DNA from: a virus
Lineage: Duplodnaviria; Caudoviricetes
Reading direction: 5' to 3' (one strand)
DNA length: 64,000 nt
IMG/VR virus record: IMGVR_UViG_3300043427_003544
Coordinates: 2,076-66,075 of that record
Within the stretch, counting starts at the first letter, position 1, and every line of letters starts with the position of its first letter. Of this stretch, positions 62,005 to 64,000 are shown in pieces. The position numbers and the translations under genes were made by a program. The notes beneath the pieces are model-generated. The model saw nothing but the letters and a program-made list of their open reading frames with translations, ran no database searches and was not told the DNA's origin.

Positions 62005-63270
62005 TTAACTTACATGATTATGAGTTAATCTTCCCGTGATTCTATCACACCAACCTTTTGACTCAGAGTGTGGCCATACAACCCAATAAGTCGGCATTTC
62101 ATCTGTAGGAAATTCCCTCCAAACTTTACAATATTTATCAGGGTCTCTAAAATATCCAGCAATTTCATTCTTATCTGAATCCTTCCTATATAAAGTATCA
62201 TCCTTATCGTTATGAAAAGCAACAACCCAAAAGTCGTAATCCGTTTCAGGAACTTGGCTATATCCAATATCAATACAATGTTTAAACATTGTCGTAAAAT
62301 CTTTTTTCCATTCTTCTTCGGTCTCGTAATTATATGGATTTGGTGGATAATTTTTATCTATTGTGTATTTCTGAACCGAACGTTTTTCAAACAGCATTCC
62401 TGCATATTTTTCGTAGTCCCTTAATGTTCTTTCAGGTCCAAAACCAAATTCTCCATCATGACCTTGTTGTATTTCACCATCCATCCCAAATAATCTTCTG
62501 TTCATTAAATGTGAAATCTTATTTTTTTCACCCCAAGTTTTGTCATCATCCCACTGTTTTGTTCTACCTTTTCTTGTATACTCATGATAAACAACAGGAA
62601 TATGTGGATGAAACAAATCATAACCCCATGTATAAGCTCTTGCAGAAATTGATATTTCTTCACCATGAAAATAATATTCGGGATTGTGCATCACCTCTTT
62701 TGAAAATTGTCCAAGTGTGAAACAAAAGTGAGCAGAATAAAATCTTGCAGGGACAGGCTTCGTCATTTCTCTCCAACCTGGTATTGTCTCAGGTAGAAAG
62801 AAAACCGCACCTTCAGGTATGAATCTATCGAATACCATTCTCCAAGCATCTTGTGCTCTACCCGCAGGGTCATTATCAGGGTCAAAGGAAGGTACATAAC
62901 CCGTAAGTAGAGGTTTCTTATACCCATCCTTTTGAAGACCCTTAATCATTTTAATTAGAGTATCGTCCCAATTCTTTTCGAACCTCATGTGAGAATCGAT
63001 TTGAAGGGTGTATTCCTCTCCGTCATATAAGTTTTGAACTAAATGTCTTGCCCAACAAACTCCTCTAGCTTCTTGATACGGAATATCTAAAATTCTAAAT
63101 CTTTTATCTTTTCTCCATTCATCCATATTGTCGAATCCATCATCTTCAGAAAATTGTCTCGCAACACCAATAACCAAGTTTTTTGGTTTCTTTGCGTTTG
63201 CTAACATATCTTTGATTGTCGGAACCAGTTGTGGGTCTCTATAACTTGCTATTTGTACAAAAATCTTCAT
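62005..63270 (-). CDS. GT60-family polypeptide/hydroxyproline N-acetylglucosaminyltransferase-like protein
   Basis: KIFVQIASYRD, ARGVCWAR, LQIDSHMRF..NWD, SAHFCF, FHGEEIS..AR.YTWGYD, YHEY, G.ERTL.DYE, characteristic of the Gnt1/GlcNAc-T family. Confidence 0.85.
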   Translation of the reverse strand: MKIFVQIASYRDPQLVPTIKDMLANAKKPKNLVIGVARQFSEDDGFDNMDEWRKDKRFRILDIPYQEARGVCWARHLVQNLYDGEEYTLQIDSHMRFEKNWDDTLIKMIKGLQKDGYKKPLLTGYVPSFDPDNDPAGRAQDAWRMVFDRFIPEGAVFFLPETIPGWREMTKPVPARFYSAHFCFTLGQFSKEVMHNPEYYFHGEEISISARAYTWGYDLFHPHIPVVYHEYTRKGRTKQWDDDKTWGEKNKISHLMNRRLFGMDGEIQQGHDGEFGFGPERTLRDYEKYAGMLFEKRSVQKYTIDKNYPPNPYNYETEEEWKKDFTTMFKHCIDIGYSQVPETDYDFWVVAFHNDKDDTLYRKDSDKNEIAGYFRDPDKYCKVWREFPTDEMPTYWVVWPHSESKGWCDRITGRLTHNHVS

Positions 63271-63289
63271 GTATTGATATTTTGTACTA

Positions 63290-63323
63290 AAAATAGAAAA
63301 CCCTCCACAAAAAGTAGAGGGTT
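63290..63323 (-). terminator. Rho-independent terminator
   Basis: AACCCTCTAC-TTTTT-GTGGAGGGTT then TTCTATTTTT on the minus strand. Confidence 0.7.
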
Positions 63324-63349
63324 AATTATTTTCAATGTATAATTTTTAT

Positions 63350-64000
63350 TTAGGTTCCAATGATTAATGTTATAGAACTTGCATTTCCACCTGAACCCCA
63401 ACTATAGACGTAAGTTCCAGATGTGAACCCAATACCCGCTATTGTTTGTCCGTTGTATGTTGTTGAACCACTAATTACTGTTCCTGAAACATATCCTTGA
63501 GGAACCAATACTTCTCTCGGACCACTTGGTCCTCCAGTTTGAACAATACCGAAGATACTACCCGAACTTGATGAAGGTGGAAGTCCACTACCAGAACCAA
63601 AATTAGTAGGGAATGTAATAAATGATGAACCACTATAAGTTGTGGCACTTGATGCTGAACCTACTATAAATTGTGCTAAGTTTTGGTTAAAACCTGCAGA
63701 TACTGAAGGTATATTCTCATTTAATGTCAAATCTGTAAGATTAAATGAACCTGAACCTGACCAAACTACGTCTGGGCCGACTTGCGATACTGTTACGGTA
63801 AAGTCAGTACTTGCACCTGATGTTGGAGTAGGTGTTGGTGTGGAAGTTGTTGTTGAAGTTTGTGTAGGAGTATTTGTTGGAGTTTCACTAGGAGTATTTG
63901 TTGGAGTTTCACTAGGGGTGTTTGTTGGAGTTTCACTAGGAGTATTAGTTGGAGTTTCAGTTACAGTTGGTGTGTTAGTTGATGTTTCCGTAGGAGTATT
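63350..64000 (-). CDS. Mucin-like Thr/Pro-repeat protein with C-terminal beta domain (5'-truncated by window edge)
   Basis: Frame is open from 64000: [19 protein letters not shown](TPSETPTN)x3[45 protein letters not shown]...; the 63730 start in the ORF track is internal. Confidence 0.8.
   Translation of the reverse strand, partial: NTPTETSTNTPTVTETPTNTPSETPTNTPSETPTNTPSETPTNTPTQTSTTTSTPTPTPTSGASTDFTVTVSQVGPDVVWSGSGSFNLTDLTLNENIPSVSAGFNQNLAQFIVGSASSATTYSGSSFITFPTNFGSGSGLPPSSSSGSIFGIVQTGGPSGPREVLVPQGYVSGTVISGSTTYNGQTIAGIGFTSGTYVYSWGSGGNASSITLIIGT
63823..64000 (-). repeat. 24-bp tandem repeat (TPSETPTN) within a Thr/Pro tract
   Basis: Plus-strand unit ttggagtttcactagg(a/g)gt(a/g)tt(t/a)g occurs three times. 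Confidence 0.85.

Noticed and set aside
1-64000. Stop-codon reassignment, as seen in some large Bacteroidota phages
   Set aside because: Long genes are intact in the standard code and TAA, TGA and TAG all terminate genes at sensible boundaries (TAG at 19038, 27291, 47326; TGA at 4391, 9384, 24120).
1-64000. tRNA, rRNA, integrase, transposase or reverse transcriptase/DGR elements
   Set aside because: Intergenic gaps are short and AT-rich with no cloverleaf signatures, and no ORF shows the corresponding motifs.

Overview
AT-rich 64-kb fragment of a large, contractile-tailed (myovirus-type, distantly T4-like) dsDNA phage genome in the standard genetic code, with almost all genes on the minus strand. 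It carries a tail/baseplate module (sheath, tube, tail chaperone, tape measure, hub, wedge gp6/gp25/gp53-like, neck and tail-terminator proteins). Interleaved with it is a replication/nucleotide module (family B DNA polymerase, DnaB/gp41 helicase, gp32-like SSB, RecA/UvsX, 5'-3' exonuclease, class II B12 ribonucleotide reductase, SNF2 helicase). SprB-repeat and DUF5522-like proteins, a TTTG-N20-TAnnTTTG promoter and the lack of Shine-Dalgarno motifs point to a Bacteroidota host (inference). The most notable candidate system is a six-gene glycosyl-/methyltransferase cluster (56.8-63.3 kb) headed by a GT60-type polypeptide GlcNAc transferase. It sits next to a mucin-like Thr/Pro-repeat gene, and further Thr/Pro- and Gly/Ser-repeat putative virion proteins lie at the left end, suggesting phage-encoded mucin-type O-glycosylation of the virion. 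Other notable items are a probable +1/-2 programmed frameshift in the tail chaperone gene, a recurrent sense-strand TATTTAT motif upstream of genes, a coupled SET-domain/SNF2 pair, an OmpA-like insert in a baseplate protein and an unannotated ribbon-helix-helix gene. All product calls rest on motif recognition by eye; no searches were run.
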